DNA of 63,923 nucleotides, the filler included, from Octopus bimaculoides (lineage: Eukaryota), in the NCBI RefSeq assembly GCF_001194135.2. It is 7 parts of 7 records of this genome, joined end to end, with 100 filler letters (N's around TTAATTAATTAA, not from the genome) between each part and the next. Parts side by side here need not be neighbours in the genome. Positions count along the whole stretch, not along the records: positions 1 to 20,230 come from NC_068983.1; 6 more parts are not named here. One strand, given 5' to 3'. Positions 1 to 13,385 of the stretch are shown one piece after another. The translations under genes and the position numbers were made by a program. Numbering within the stretch: the first letter of the stretch is position 1; each line of letters begins with the position of its first letter. The notes below the pieces were generated by a model. The model had not been told where the DNA came from. It did not search any database and saw only the letters and a list, made by a program, of their open reading frames with translations.

Positions 1-1379
1 ATATATAGTTTCTTAATTAACAAGGCATGTAATGGTTTCTTGTGGAAAATATCTTCACAATAATTAAACCGATCACTTGTGTATGTTGGTACTCATCTTC
101 ATTTGGGATGAGGTCATGTGACTCTATTCAGAATTTCAAAATAAATTCACAGATCTGGGAAGGTAACTAATACGAATATTTCAATAGTTATCCACCTCAC
201 ATTGGCTTTGGAATTTTGCAAGGATGTGTATTAGCTATTGATTAATTAATAACTTAATTATCTTATGCGAGAACTCCAATACACACCCATATTTACAAGC
301 AGGTATATCCGCATCTTGCGTTTCATTGATGTTTCAGCATTTACATCTTAACGTTTATTGGATTTCAGAGGATTAAGATGCCGTATTTCTTTCATGAACT
401 TGTAAGTTCATTAACTTTTCTATAATTTCCTATATATTTTAGCGACTCGTGTCATGTCATGAACATGTGTTATGTATATGTAACTGTATGTTTAAAAATC
501 AGATCATACGTTTATGGAGGTGTGTGTCCATAATGCACATAGTGCACACCGATATGTAAAAGTTAACCTAGACTTGATTGATAAAAAATTTGGTGAGGGT
601 CACGCTGGAACGTTCGTATGGATTGTGGTTTGAGAATGCAAGGACAAATTTTCTTGTCAAATATTCAAAATGCACGCTGTTGACGATGTGATATTTAATT
701 TTGCTGTGATACAGAAATAGCTGCTCTGTCTCCTATATTTGCTGGCTCATCTATAGTGTTGCAAATAATATAGCTAAAACAAACAAACAAACAAAACGTA
801 CACTGTAAGCTAATGATGAGGCAAAAATGCTTATCGATTATAAGCACATTTTGCATAACACAATTATACCCCAGGATTCACACTGGATTTCTTAATTATA
901 CAGATACATATTCATGAAATATATCAATGACATCATACCATTCACAAATATGTGTGTATATGAAATTCAAAATGTATATGAAAACGAAATAAATTAATTA
1001 GTGAACTTTCAAATTCATGGCCCAAGTTTCGCTTGCTAAATGATATGTAAATGTTCAATCTGCATGATGTACAAATATATATTAATAAATATGGAGTTGC
1101 AACAGCGTCTTGCATTAGATAATTGAGGAAATCAATTAATCTACGATGAACGCAAATTGCTGCGAACATTGATGACTTGTGCAACGGAGATAATAATATA
1201 GGTATTGTCATCCAGAATGGAGACAAGTACTAACATTCCCAAGTAGATTGCTTGAATAAATGTGGAGATCTTTTCCACACGAAATCTTTGGTTTTTTTGT
1301 TAATATACAAATACGAAATAATCTTCCTGCAATGTGGTATACTGTTGAGCGATCATTATCACTGTTTGAAGATAAAGGT

Positions 1380-1938
1380 ATACAGTGCCGCGGGACGTCT
1401 TTATCTCATCTATACTATGGAAGGCATGGGCCTCTACTGCAGGCAAATCAAGGCCGTGACGCTTTTTCCAACTTTGGGCTTTTCGTTCGATGTTGCATAT
1501 CGGATGGTAGGATCGCGTTCCTGATACAGCGGTCCCGAGCCGCGCTGACGCAGTTAGTGTGGAGACGGTTACCTACTCTTGATGGGATATATTTCAAGGA
1601 TGGAGCAGGGCAGGATCCTAAAGTCAGTTTTAATTGATGACCTGCATAAGAGCAGGTAGATCGACGGAAGTTAGAATTTGCGATATAGGGATGTGCAGGA
1701 CAAAAATATGAAGAACTCTGGTTTCTCCCTAGACATCTGGGAAGAGAAAGGCCTGCAGCGCGATGAATGGCACCGATCGCTAAAGCTCGTAATTCTAGCA
1801 AGTGAGGAAAACAACACAGAGAACGCGAAAGAGCGCATGAGAGGCATCACTTGTCCGTTTTCGTACAGCTTCACCCGCATCAGATGTCATCGTGGCTGCA
1901 GAACCAGAGAAGATATTGTAGCCCACATACGGGCCTGA
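1380..1938 (+). mobile_element. Decayed RTE-clade LINE, 3' end of ORF2
   Basis: Frameshifted peptides LVWRRL.., RMEQGRILKSVL, LRYRDVQDKNMKNSGFSLDIWEEKGLQRDEWHRSL and terminal RCHRGCRTREDIVAHIRA* resemble the RTE C-terminal signature (RRLRWLGH..RM..R.PK..L..LRY.D....W...A.DR..W; terminal CxxC..H finger). Confidence 0.6.
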
Positions 1939-2174
1939 AAGAGATGACTAATAAACAAAAACAGTCAACATTGATCTATAAGTGACTACTGAAAATGCAC
2001 GTGTATATGTATATCTACAGGACATCTGTTATATCTGATATATGTATGTATNNNNNNNNNNNNNNNNNNNNNNNNNNNNNNNNNNNNNNNNNNNNNNNNN
2101 NNNNNNNNNNNNNNNNNNNNNNNNNNNNNNNNNNNNNNNNNNNNNNNNTATATATATATATATATATATATTAT

Positions 2175-3245
2175 ATATCCTGACATCTGTTATTTTCTTG
2201 CAAAGTAATGGAGTAATATTGTTCCGTTCGTTTTTCAATAATTCCCAGAGTTCCTCTTGCTTATTTGGATTTCTCCTTCGCGCCAAATACTCTTCCAAAC
2301 GTTTTCTATAGGGTTGAGATCGGGATTTGAGGTCGCCAGTCCATGAGATCAACACCTTCGTCACTCAAAAAATCTGTGGCTCTCTCGAAGTGTGACAAGG
2401 AGCGTTGTCCTGCACGAAGATAGGAGTTGAGCTGACGAAGATCGGAGATGAGGAAGGGTATGCTGTCTAAGAATCTCTTTGTAGATTTCAGCATTGAAAG
2501 TCCCTTGTAGGCGAATAAATGGACCAAGACCAGTAGCAGAGATCATTCCTCATACCATTACACTGCCTCCTCCATATTTCACTGTCTTCTTCAAATATGC
2601 ACGAAATAACCTTTCGCTACTTTTTCGTTGGACGTATATCCCACCATCGAAACTAATCACATTAAACTTCGATTCATCGCTCAAATGAACCTGCAACCAC
2701 TGTTCTCCTGTCCAAACGACATGTTCATGAGAGAAGCGAAGAAGAGCTCTTTGATTCATCGTGGAGATCAGAGGTTCCTTTACCGATGCCCGAGCAAGCA
2801 ACTCAGAACTTCGTAATCTTCAAGAAACTGTTTTGCGGCATTCGTTAACATCAGAAGTGGAGCGAAAGTCGCAGGATACCTCAGCAGCACACTCCTAAAT
2901 TTATTCTTCAGTGACATTGCAACTATAATACGATCCTGTCTTGGTGAAGTTTTACGAGGTCTACCAGTTTTGGGTTCAGCGTCTGTCGATCCTGATGGCT
3001 TAGAACCAGCTACAATTCATTGCACCACTACTAGACATTCCTATTGTAGTTGCTATCACAGAATTTGACTTGCCTTCTTGGTGAAGGTACACAATCCTTT
3101 GTTTTACATTACAGAACATCGGTGGTCTATCACAAGCCGCCCTGTTGACAGTTGAATGTTCCAATAATGTAACATCATAAGAAGTAAATGTTAGCCCATT
3201 AACATTCACGCCACCCCTCAAAATAAGTGTAGAGGGACATCGCAA
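2175..3245 (-). pseudogene. Tc1-family transposase relic (frameshifted)
   Basis: Minus-strand fragments in order: KQRIVYLHQEGKSNSVIATTIGMS (HTH), KEPLISTMNQRALLRFSHEH, HLSDESKFN (D1), KTVKYGGGSVMV, FVQDNAPCHT (D2, near 2390-2415), PDLNPIENVW (E, near 2295-2325). Confidence 0.9.
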
Positions 3246-3249
3246 AGCT

Positions 3250-3460
3250 GTGACACGGGGAGATATTGATAAATCGGGTATAGCTGATCATGTATGGAAA
3301 AATGGAGACCACCTCCCCCTGTGGGATGAAGTTAAAATAACAGACAGAGAGCACCACTGGAAAATACGAAAGCTAAAAGAAACAGCACATATGCTAGGTG
3401 CTTGGTCACAACAACCTAAGCAGACCGAGTGCAGATATGAACCGGTACTAAGGAAGGATA
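3250..3460 (+). mobile_element. Penelope-like element, C-terminal GIY-YIG endonuclease fragment
   Basis: KSGIADHVWKNGDHLPLWDEVKITDREHHWKIRKLKETAHM resembles the PLE endonuclease tail (S.IA.H.W..GH.I.W....IL..E..W..R.LKEA.HI). Confidence 0.65.
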
Positions 3461-3497
3461 GGAGACTATTAGAAATTCACTCCCTATTTCACTCCAT

Positions 3498-3570
3498 GGG
3501 TATATGGCGTAGTGGTTAAGAGCGCAGACTACTAACTCCAAGATTCCGAGTTCGATTCCAGGCAGTGACC
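3498..3570 (+). mobile_element. tRNA-like (Pol III A/B-box) repeat head
   Basis: A-box TGGCGTAGTGG, B-box GAGTTCGATTCC; near-identical second copy at about 38068-38134. No proper acceptor stem, so not called a tRNA gene. Confidence 0.7.
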
Positions 3571-4587
3571 TATCATAATAATACTAATAATGAAAATAAC
3601 TTCGAAAAATACCTTAGGAATGAGAACCCAGGTTCGAAATTTCCCCAAGATATGTGGGATATATCAGCAGAAACGTTGTGTTAACAACGAACAAGATGAG
3701 GACAAATATCCGTTAATTGTAAATAATGTAAATAATGAGTATAATTGTTCATGAGAAATATAAAATTGATATGTGCATCTATATGTGTAAATCTGAAGAG
3801 TGATTGTGGTATTCACTGCATCTTATTGTATGACTATAAGCAATGCATAGTATGCCACGTCATTGACAATTGAAGAACCTGCACTTGGCAAGTAAAATGA
3901 TAGAAGGTGAACACTCTGCTGTCGTGTTCTCATCAAGTGCGTAGTTCCCGTAGCAAACTTAAAAATAAAAAATATCAGAGTTAGGATTAAGAACGATTGC
4001 TAAGAATACCCAAAAGACATCGAGTATATAACAAATTTGATAGATATAACCACCTGCTATGGTTGCAGTTTATACGCCTAGTGTGGTTTTACTGTATAGT
4101 CTTTCCGTGTCTCCAGTTTATCTAATTCGCTGTACTCTCAGGTTAATCACAAACTTGATGCTGGGTACTTCTTTTTATATGCAATGCTGTTGTTTTGTTG
4201 TGAAGCTACCTCGTGGATGCCGCATTTGTTATAAAAAGTCCGATCATATATAACGTTGTATACGATAAAAAGGTTGACAATATCACAGAGAACGAGATGA
4301 TATGTGTATCTATGTATGTGTATGTAAGTGTGTTTTTTCAGTAAGTATATATAAATGTGTGTGTGCGTAAACCATGTCTCTTATTATTTTCTAAATTTGT
4401 AACAGACATTTTAATTTCCTATCGTGAGATTAATTTCCATCTTATATAGTTATAAAAAAAGTCAACCAATACTACAGCAGAGAAACTACATTCCATGTTG
4501 GTTCCGAACCACTTTTTGGTAGGCATACTATGCACCGTAGAAATCTTAGTTGAGCAGTGTTTTATTTCGTACATTATTTAATATCCA

Positions 4588-4755
4588 TAAGGCGGTGAAA
4601 TGACAGAATTGTTAGCAGACCGGGCAAAATAAGTTGCGGCATTTCGTCCGTCTGTACATTCTGAGTTCAAATTCCACATAATCAACTTTGTGTTTCATCC
4701 TTTCAGGGCCAATAAAAAAAAATAGCAGTTGAGTATAGGGGACGATCTAATCCAC
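4588..4755 (+). mobile_element. SINE family A (GGCGGCGAGCTGGCAGAA... type), diverged copy
   Basis: Shares head and GAGTTCAAATTCC B-box and body with the copies at 27258-28367 and 25329-25528. Confidence 0.75.
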
Positions 4756-4782
4756 GTATCAATGCCCCTGATGACTTGTACA

Positions 4783-4890
4783 TATTCTATCGGTCTGTTT
4801 TGCCGAACTGCTAGGTTACAGGGACGTAATCACAACAGCACCAGCTGTTAGGCGGTAGTGGGGGTCAAATACAGACACAAAGACATACAC
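4783..4890 (+). mobile_element. Interspersed repeat family B fragment
   Basis: TATTCTATCGGTC..TTTTGCCGAAC.GCTA motif, shared with 56690-56900 and other copies. Confidence 0.6.
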
Positions 4891-4896
4891 GCACGC

Positions 4897-4949
<53 letters not shown>

Positions 4950-5689
4950 CAAAATAAGTAACAGGCTGTCAAATATTAGTGCAATACGACCGTTTCAAGC
5001 GGCTCCATTTAATTGAACAATGCATGCATTACATCAATTTCAATACAATGCTATATTTAAAGGGAGTCAATTAGGTGTCCATAAATAGGTTGGGAGAGGG
5101 TGACATTAACTCTTGTCATAATTTTCAGGAAACTTAGGACGCTATACTGGGATTTAGGAAATCATTAAATGCCCTGAGCTTGCATCTCACAACGTTCTTT
5201 ATTCCTAATAAAAGTAGTATTCAAGCCTTAGATCTTTTGTTGATGGTAAGAAGGTAGATAACAAAATTAGAAATGAATCATAATCCGATGTCCCCCCCCC
5301 CCACTATGCTTCATACCACTACAAAATGGTAGTTCTTCTCTGAGATTATTCTTACTATATTAGTGGCAACATGAAGTTATTTCATCCTCTAACACTAATA
5401 AAATACTTGAGAAAAATTATATTAACATACCTTCTCTGTTGAAAATGCATATTTATTGCAACTGAAGATAGCACTGTCTTTACATTGATGTAATGCTTGT
5501 ATCATTCAATTAAATAGAGCCGCTTGAAACGGTCTTATTGCACTAATACTTGACATCCTGTTACTTATTTTGATTTTTTTCATCTTTGGGATATGCGGGT
5601 AATACCCGACTAACTTGGTGCCTCAACTTAAGTAACTAATTCAACTGAATCTTAATTATTTCTTTTATATATATACGAGGAACTTATTT

Positions 5690-5832
5690 CAGTTTCCTTC
5701 TTCGAAATCCACCCATAAGGCTTCGGTCGGCTCCAGGCTATAGTACAGGACACTCGCCGAAAGTGCCACGCAATGGTAATGAACCCGAACCATGTGGTTA
5801 GGAAGCGAGCTTCTTACCACATAGCCACATCT
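5690..5832 (-). mobile_element. tRNA-derived SINE family C
   Basis: The reverse complement starts GATGTGGCTATGTGGTAAGAAGCTCGCTTCC..GGTTC; homologous copies at 35822-35962 and 57990-58135. Confidence 0.75.
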
Positions 5833-6404
5833 GTTGTGTGTATGTATATATANNNNNNNNNNNNNNNNNNNNNNNNNNNNNNNNNNNNNNNNNNNNNNNN
5901 NNNNNNNNNNNNNNNNNNNNNNNNNNNNNNNNNNNNNNNNNNNNNNNNNNNNNNNNNNNNNNNNNNNNNNNNNNNNNNNNNNNNNNNNNNNNNNNNNNNN
6001 NNNNNNNNNNNNNNNNNNNNNNNNNNNNNNNNNNNNNNNNNNNNNNNNNNNNNNNNNNNNNNNNNNNNNNNNNNNNNNNNNNNNNNNNNNNNNNNNNNNN
6101 NNNNNNNNNNNNNNNNNNNNNNNNNNNNNNNNNNNNNNNNNNNNNNNNNNNNNNNNNNNNNNNNNNNNNNNNNNNNNNNNNNNNNNATGTATGTATATAT
6201 AAATGAGGGAAACGGAAAATGGAATTCACGAGAATCTTTATTCATTACAACGATCGTTTCAACCCATCTTGCATCGGTCCCTTGTGGGTGGGTTGCTATA
6301 CAGCTGCTTGTGTTGCATCCTTCTGTGCAGATGTGTGTTTTTGGGTTCCGTTTTAGAAAGATATCGTGACGGATATATTATGTTTCGCGTGGTTCGATTA
6401 TAAA

Positions 6405-6703
6405 TGTTGTTATTGCCAGTAGGTAATTGGCTATAACGACAGATGATGGACACAGTTTTATTGTTATAAACAGTTAATGAGTCACCCTAAGGTTAATAGT
6501 GAATAAATGACAGAGAGTAAATAAGAAAACAAAAGATAGAATACATTAAGATAAGTATAGAGGTGTAAATATAAGCAGATATATAGGCACACATACACAC
6601 ACCGTCATGGTCTCGTGGTCAAGCGTACCTAAGCTGACGCTGTTAAAGAGATATCCTTGAATGTGGTCATAAACAACGAAGATGGTCTTATTAGGGGCGA
6701 ACA
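6405..6703 (+). mobile_element. Solo-LTR-like repeat, copy 1
   Basis: Begins TGTTGTTAT, ends GAACA (TG..CA with TGTT/AACA termini); aligns end to end with the reverse complement of 7024-7336. Confidence 0.6.
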
Positions 6704-6944
6704 AAGAATGACTATCTGCTGCCCCTCTGTGCGGCCAGTGTATTCCGCTACAAATGACTGTCTGGTGGCGGTTTGATTTATTTATATAAACTGCAGTCAC
6801 CATATGTGTTCACATATATTTCTATGCGTATATGTATACATATCAGCATATACTCGCATATTTCAGATACGTACTCATATATTTATATGTTTATACAGAA
6901 CTCACACGCTCACACGAACACACACATATAGTGATATTTGTGTA

Positions 6945-6985
<41 letters not shown>

Positions 6986-7023
6986 GCACACGCACACACA
7001 TATTTATATATATACCCATTGTC

Positions 7024-7336
7024 TGTTCACCTCTAATAATACCATTTAATTTTTAATGACCGTCCTCAACGACATTTCATTAACAGCTTGAGAGTTTGTA
7101 TGTTTACGAGAGAACGAGACCACGTAGGTGTGTGTATGTGTGCCTATATAGGTGCTTATGTCTACACGTGTATACTTATCTTACTACATTTCGGATTTTA
7201 TCTTCTATCTTTTGTCCTTCACACTTTATCCTTTACTCTCTCTATTAACCATATGTATACATATTAACTGTTTATAACAATGATACTGCGTACATCCTCT
7301 GTCATTATAGCCAACAGCCAACAACCCATAACAACA
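7024..7336 (-). mobile_element. Solo-LTR-like repeat, copy 2 (inverted relative to copy 1)
   Basis: The reverse complement begins TGTTGTTAT and ends GAACA; 46/52 identity over the TTGGCTATAA..CAGTTAAT block against copy 1. Confidence 0.6.
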
Positions 7337-7727
7337 TGCTGAATAATCGAACAAAGCGAAACTGGCAATATTTCCCCAGGTATCTTAAACGACACCTGAG
7401 GGGATACGTCTATACCGAAGGATGCAACTCAACTAGTTGTATATTATCCCACCCGCAGGAGATCGACGCACGATGGGTTATAATGGTCGTTGTGATGAAA
7501 AAAGTTTCTTGTGAATTCCATTTTCTATTTCACCTATCTGTTATATAATCATCGAACACCGAGGAATTCCAGGGGTAGATCCAGGGACACATATCAAAAC
7601 TATACATGATGTCAGAGAGCCATGGACTTTAATCGACATACTACTAAGTGTATACCCCACGTTATAGTGCATATGCGTATATATATACATTATACATGTG
7701 TGTGTACAAATGCATACACACACATGC

Positions 7728-7761
<34 letters not shown>

Positions 7762-10660
7762 NNNNNNNNNNNNNNNNNNNNNNNNNNNNNNNNNNNNNNN
7801 NNNNNNNNNNNNNNNNNNNNNNNNNNNNNNNNNNNNNNNNNNNNNNNNNNNNNNNNNNNNNNNNNNNNNNNNNNNNNNNNNNNNNNNNNNNNNNNNNNNN
7901 NNNNNNNNNNNNNNNNNNNNNNNNNNNNNNNNNNNNNNNNNNNTATATATATATATATATATTACTGCTGTATTAGCCCGTAACAGTGTTTATAAACGAT
8001 CTGTAGGTTAGTTAAAATATGTTTGTGACGTATATCAACTTCTAAAGGTATAGTCACTGCAGTTACCGCGGAGGAGCTATTCTTTCTTAGTGGGGAAGCA
8101 AGTTTCTTATCACACAGCTGCGCCTGCGCCTGTAGAAATAAATTCCACAGAAACTGCATTGCCATCGAGCTAGATCGTCCGAATGCGTGGCACACTATCT
8201 AATGCCCGGACATTACTGACGTGTGCATGTTTGTAGAACTGTTGGTGTTACATATGCGGCAGGTAGGGTACATAGGGATGATTCTCCTGCTGCCTTTCAA
8301 CGAAGCAAGGAAGGCAGTTTCATTGTCTAGTGGCTGTATCAAAATAATTTTTATGATGAACGAGTTTGAAACATATGAGGAGAGAGACGTTCTTCTCTGG
8401 TTGGACAATCATCAATATCTTCAATTTAAGAGGATTGTAAGGCGAGAGATATTGTAAGGTATGAGTCAGTTGGAAAGGATTCATGTCCTTGGTTTTGCTG
8501 ACACTTTGGATGGGAGACACAATTGGCCCCATACGTCCTCTTGAATCAGAAAGCTTGCATCATCTTCATCATCACCACCATTTTAATTATAGCTTTGTTT
8601 TTGCTGTCCTGTTTTTTTTCCAATCTATATTTTGTCAATTTATAGACATTTTTGACTTGCAATTGAATTAATAAATTTAATTGAAATTGAGAAGTAGCGA
8701 AATTTATTCACTTTACTTCCCTATTAAGATAATAATGAGGTTACCCTTATGGGGAATTTGAAACCAGAGAGAAGATCTTACTTTTCAAGAAACCCAATTT
8801 CTTGTTCTACATAACACACCATCTATTACACACAATATTCCGAAAACCAACACACATATCCGGAACATTGAAGCATTTTCTGATCGAATAGACTAATCCT
8901 AATCTTGCAGATTGCAGCAAAATTATTCAAAAACATTACAGTATCGTTCTGTCAATTTTGATGTAGACTAGCCTAAGGAATTGTCGGAATTTGAATGATT
9001 ATTGATTTTCGAATAATACTGCAAGTAGAGCAATGGGAAACAAATTTATCCGATAGACATGTTAAACAAGTGATAAATTAAGCTGTCACCACGTGACATT
9101 CTTTTACTATTTGAGAAATAATAAGTCAAACTTTGATATTCTTGATATGTACCAAGAACATTCTGTTGTATTTAATAGAAAGATTTATTTAAAGAAGAAA
9201 TATGAAATATTCAGCATACATTGTGTTTAAAAATTCCTTTTGCTAACGCTTAACGAAAATTTCGACCCAGTTATCTTACAATACTCTGTTGTTTGTTTAG
9301 CCGGTAAAATTTGCATACACCGTACCATCATTTTGCATATAATATACTTCCCCAAATATCGTTCCTATTCACTCTCGTGTCACATATTTTAACTAAAAGA
9401 CTTACCGTTTGACGCCATTCGTAGACTTCAACCTATTGCAAGAATTAAGACCAGGTCTTCAATATTAAGATATATTCTCTCTCTCACTAGTTTGGCAGGA
9501 ACATAGGAAATGCCATTCCCCCCCACTATGAAATATAAATTACACAATAGGCAGAATGTCACTTCTTGGTATCAAGCGTGACTTAAACAATTCTAGTTTT
9601 CATTTCTAATAACAATGCAAAATTAATCAAGTACAATGCGCAAGAACGTAATTCTCGAGGGACAATATTCTGAGGAGGGAGGAACACATTTACAGTGTTC
9701 TAAGAGGGCGCATACGTTGTCAGGGTACATGTAACGAGGGGAACGTTGTTCATATTGTGTTTGAAACCAACCTTTGATTGAATTTTGCTCGCTTGTGGTT
9801 AGTTTAAAGATAAATAACTGGCTTATAAGCATACACATGTATAAATGTATACGTTTATATATGTATACAAATGTGTGTAAAGCTACATATATCTAAGAAA
9901 ATAAGTAAACTTTTGCGATGCCTGTGAGGTAAAGAACAATATATAGTGCTATACGAAATGTTCCGGGAGAAAGTGCGAAAATCTAGTTGGTCGACAAATT
10001 AAAATATCAAACATGAGGAGCAGAAACATAAAGGATAGCTTTAGTAGGAAGTGGGTCAACAATCAGATACAAAAGAAAATACATAGCAGTAAATATGTGT
10101 ACTACGCTGAGGCAAGACTAAATTTCAAAAGGAAAGAATATATGTTTCTATGAAAGGAAAATTGTTATAGGCAGATTATTTAGTATGAAAAGAAGAGATC
10201 GCATTTGCTGATGCTTACAAGCGAGGAGTAAAACTGAGTTGATGACTGCATGCTGCATATATCGCAAGGCAAGGGAATTCCGTGTTACTAGGTAAAACCA
10301 ACGATAGTCGATCTCGAATGTGAGTTAGGGACATTAAATGTCAAGCCACGGGGTGGTTACCAATCACTTAATTGTTCAGATTTATTTATTTACAAATTAT
10401 TGCATATCTTCTAAAGAATGTTGTAAACTAAGTTGTTGGAGTTGCATTTAAGCTGCTACTGGTGTGAATTTGGAGTTTTGAACTGGTTAAAGCTTTAGGT
10501 TGAATAAAAATAGATTATTATAACATTACATATTTTAAGGGTACCGGTCTCTGTGTGGCTAGGCAAGAGGCAGCGCATGACGGAAAGTTTGCAGCATTTG
10601 AAGGTGAACAAAAACCGAAAATGAAAGATTACGCACGAAAGTTATCCAGGAAACATTTGG

Positions 10661-10728
<68 letters not shown>

Positions 10729-11012
10729 NNNNNNNNNNNNNNNNNNNNNNNNNNNNNNNNNNNNNNNNNNNNNNNNNNNNNNNNNNNNNNNNNNNNNNNN
10801 NNNNNNNNNNNNNNNNNNNNNNNNNNNNNNNNNNNNNNNNNNNNNNNNNNNNNNNNNNNNNNNNNNNNNNNNNNNNNNNNNNNNNNNNNNNNNNNNNNNN
10901 NNNNNNNNNNNNNNNNNNNNNNNNNNNNNNNNNNNNNNNNNNNNNNNNNNNNNNNNNNNNNNNNNNNNNNNNNNNNAATTTCCTGGAATAAATATTCAGA
11001 ACTCCCTGTTAA

Positions 11013-12284
11013 TATTTTGGGTTGGCAACTAAATTCCCACCGTTTTATTAAATTTGGAATTTACTGCTTTTTTAAATTTTGGAATCTATTTTTTCGTGAC
11101 TTCTATTTTTGAATCATTTTGAAATTTTTTTTTTTCTAGATAATTTCAGTTAATTTTTGTTTATTTCAGATCATTAAAATGGAATTTCAAGTTAAGAAAG
11201 ACGAGCATTTTCGACACCACCTTCTTTTTGCTTTTAATCAAGGTTCTAAAGACGCAAAAGCTGCTCGCGACATTTGTGCTGAGTATCGAGAAGGAGGGGG
11301 CCATAGCTGAAAGAACCACTCGTGATTTGTATGCCAAGTTCAAAAATGGAAATTTTGACCTCATGTCCCACCTCCTTCTGGCCGTCCAGTTGAGTTCGAT
11401 GAAGAGCGATTAAACCACCTTTTACAAGAAAATTCTCGTCAAACGACAAGGGAACTGGCACTGAAAATGGAGTGCTCCCACACTGTAATAGATAAGCATC
11501 TTCACTCGATGAGAAAGGTTCAGAAGTATGGAGCATGCGTTTCGTATGCTTTAAGTGACAGCAACAAAAATCAATGAGCCACAATCTCCGCTGATTTGCT
11601 TGCTGGTCACCGTTCAACTCATAGACACAAGTAACGATTTCTTTACCGAATCGTTACTGGCGACGAAAAATGGTGCCTGTACGTTATTAACATGAAGCAA
11701 TGCAAGGAATAGTTTAGCCCCGGTAAACAAGCGACACTGTGCGTGAAACAAGATCTTTATCCACGTAAAACGATGTTGTGTGTATGGTGGGACTGAGAAG
11801 GGATTATCCATTACGAATTGCTTGAACGGAACCAAACAGTCAACGACTGAACACGGCTGAACACGGCTATTCAAGAGAAAAGACCTAATCAACAGTATGG
11901 AGTTCTTCTGCTGCACGACAACGCCCACCGTCATATCGCCAATATGGTCAAGGAAGTCATTCAAACGCATGGCTGGGAAGTGCTGCCACACTCGCCATAC
12001 TCTCCTCATTTGGCACCAACGGATTTCCACCTCTTTTCGACCTCTTTCAAATGCTCTGCGCGGAGTTGCGTTCAATACTGATTCAGAATTGAGAGCTTGG
12101 TTGGATCAATTTTTCGAGTCGAAATCGGGTGATTTCTACCAACGAGGTATTGAAAATCTTGTTGAATACTAGTTGCAAACAACAAGTGTGAATACATTAT
12201 TGATTAATTAGTTGTTATTTGTTATTAAACCTTTTTAAAATTTTTAATTAAAAAAAATCCGCGGGAACTTAGCTGCTCCAATAA
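11013..12284 (+). mobile_element. Full-length but inactive mariner element (DD34D); transposase pseudogene 11179-12207
   Basis: ATG at 11179 (MEFQVKKDEHFRHHLLFAFNQG), RIVTGDEKW, LLLHDNA..PHSPYSPHLAPTDFHLF with 34 residues between D2 and D3; degenerate TIRs at 11013-11042 and 12259-12284; length about 1.27 kb; several stops and frameshifts. Confidence 0.95.
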
Positions 12285-13189
12285 AACTGTACTTATTCCA
12301 CGTCCTCTCGTTGTTGTTTTTTCTTGCTTGTTCATGGATGAAAACCCTAGTTCTACTGATACACAACGATTTGTTTTTTATTAGAAATCTCATCATGTAT
12401 TTTATTTGAGGTATTCTATCACATTTATTAGCAATAAAATAAAAGATCAAATATATTAAGATGTAAATTTAACTACAATCTCTCCTAACTACAAACGAAA
12501 TGTATGGATTCCATAAAATGCATTTTAATAAATATATTCATTATTATAAACACTGCCCATGTGTTTCTGCTATTCTTGTTACCGACTTATTGGATGGGTG
12601 CGAAAAGATGAATACCTTAAATTTTAGGAGGAGGAGGAGGATCTAAAGTCCATGTTAAGAAATATTAAAATGCATGACAAATTTTCAAAAGCGATAATCA
12701 GTTTTCGGTATCAGATCCTTAATATATTCTGAAGGAAAACTCGTCACAAATTGCAAATTAACAAATGCCATTTATCCAAGAGCGAGCATATTTAATAAAT
12801 TAACAGATGAACTTTAATCTTAAACTTATGCGAAACTAACTTAGCACTATGCGTATTTAGATATTACCTGTGATGTTAGGAATTTTGGCGTCAGTGCAGA
12901 TGGTGTTACTGGCCAATTACATATGCTTGTAATTTTCTGCGTCACCGAAGTTAATCACAGATATAAATATGTATCTAACCAATGATTTACGGTTTCTACC
13001 CCTTTAGAAATTATCTACATGAAAAGATTTTCCTCATTTCCAACTATTCTCACGTGACTTGTATGTAGAGTTTCTAATTAAATCTGCAATTATTAATATT
13101 TATTATTAAATGAATTTAATTTTGTCCATTATTATCTACGATGCATTTGCCTTACAATAATTTCGATCAATATTTATACCCATCCTATG

Positions 13190-13385
13190 AAGCGGTGAGC
13201 TGGAAGAATCGTCAGCATGCCGGGAGAAATACCTAAGTTCTTAGTTCTAACTCCACCGAGGTCAACTTAGCCTTCCCACTCTATGACGTCTATGAAATAG
13301 GATCCAGTTGAGCACTGAAGTAGATTTAATTGATTTCGTGCCACCCCAAAGAATGATGGCTTTGTGCCAAAATTTGAAACCAGTA
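13190..13385 (+). mobile_element. SINE family A, diverged copy
   Basis: GCGGTGAGCTGGAAGAATCG head and GTGCCAAAATTTGAAACC tail match family A. Confidence 0.7.

Noticed and set aside
2018-2195. GACATCTGTTAT present on both sides of an N gap
   Set aside because: Only 12 bp across a gap; likely a local duplication or assembly overlap rather than a TSD.
3498-3570. Possible tRNA gene
   Set aside because: A and B boxes are present, but the ends do not pair as an acceptor stem, there is no oligo-T terminator, and a second diverged copy occurs in a repeat context.
8030-8460. GC-richer island with ORF MCMFVELL..
   Set aside because: Only a vague resemblance to a LINE C-terminus (NKFHRNC..; MRQVGYIGMIL); it cannot be assigned to a family or gene.
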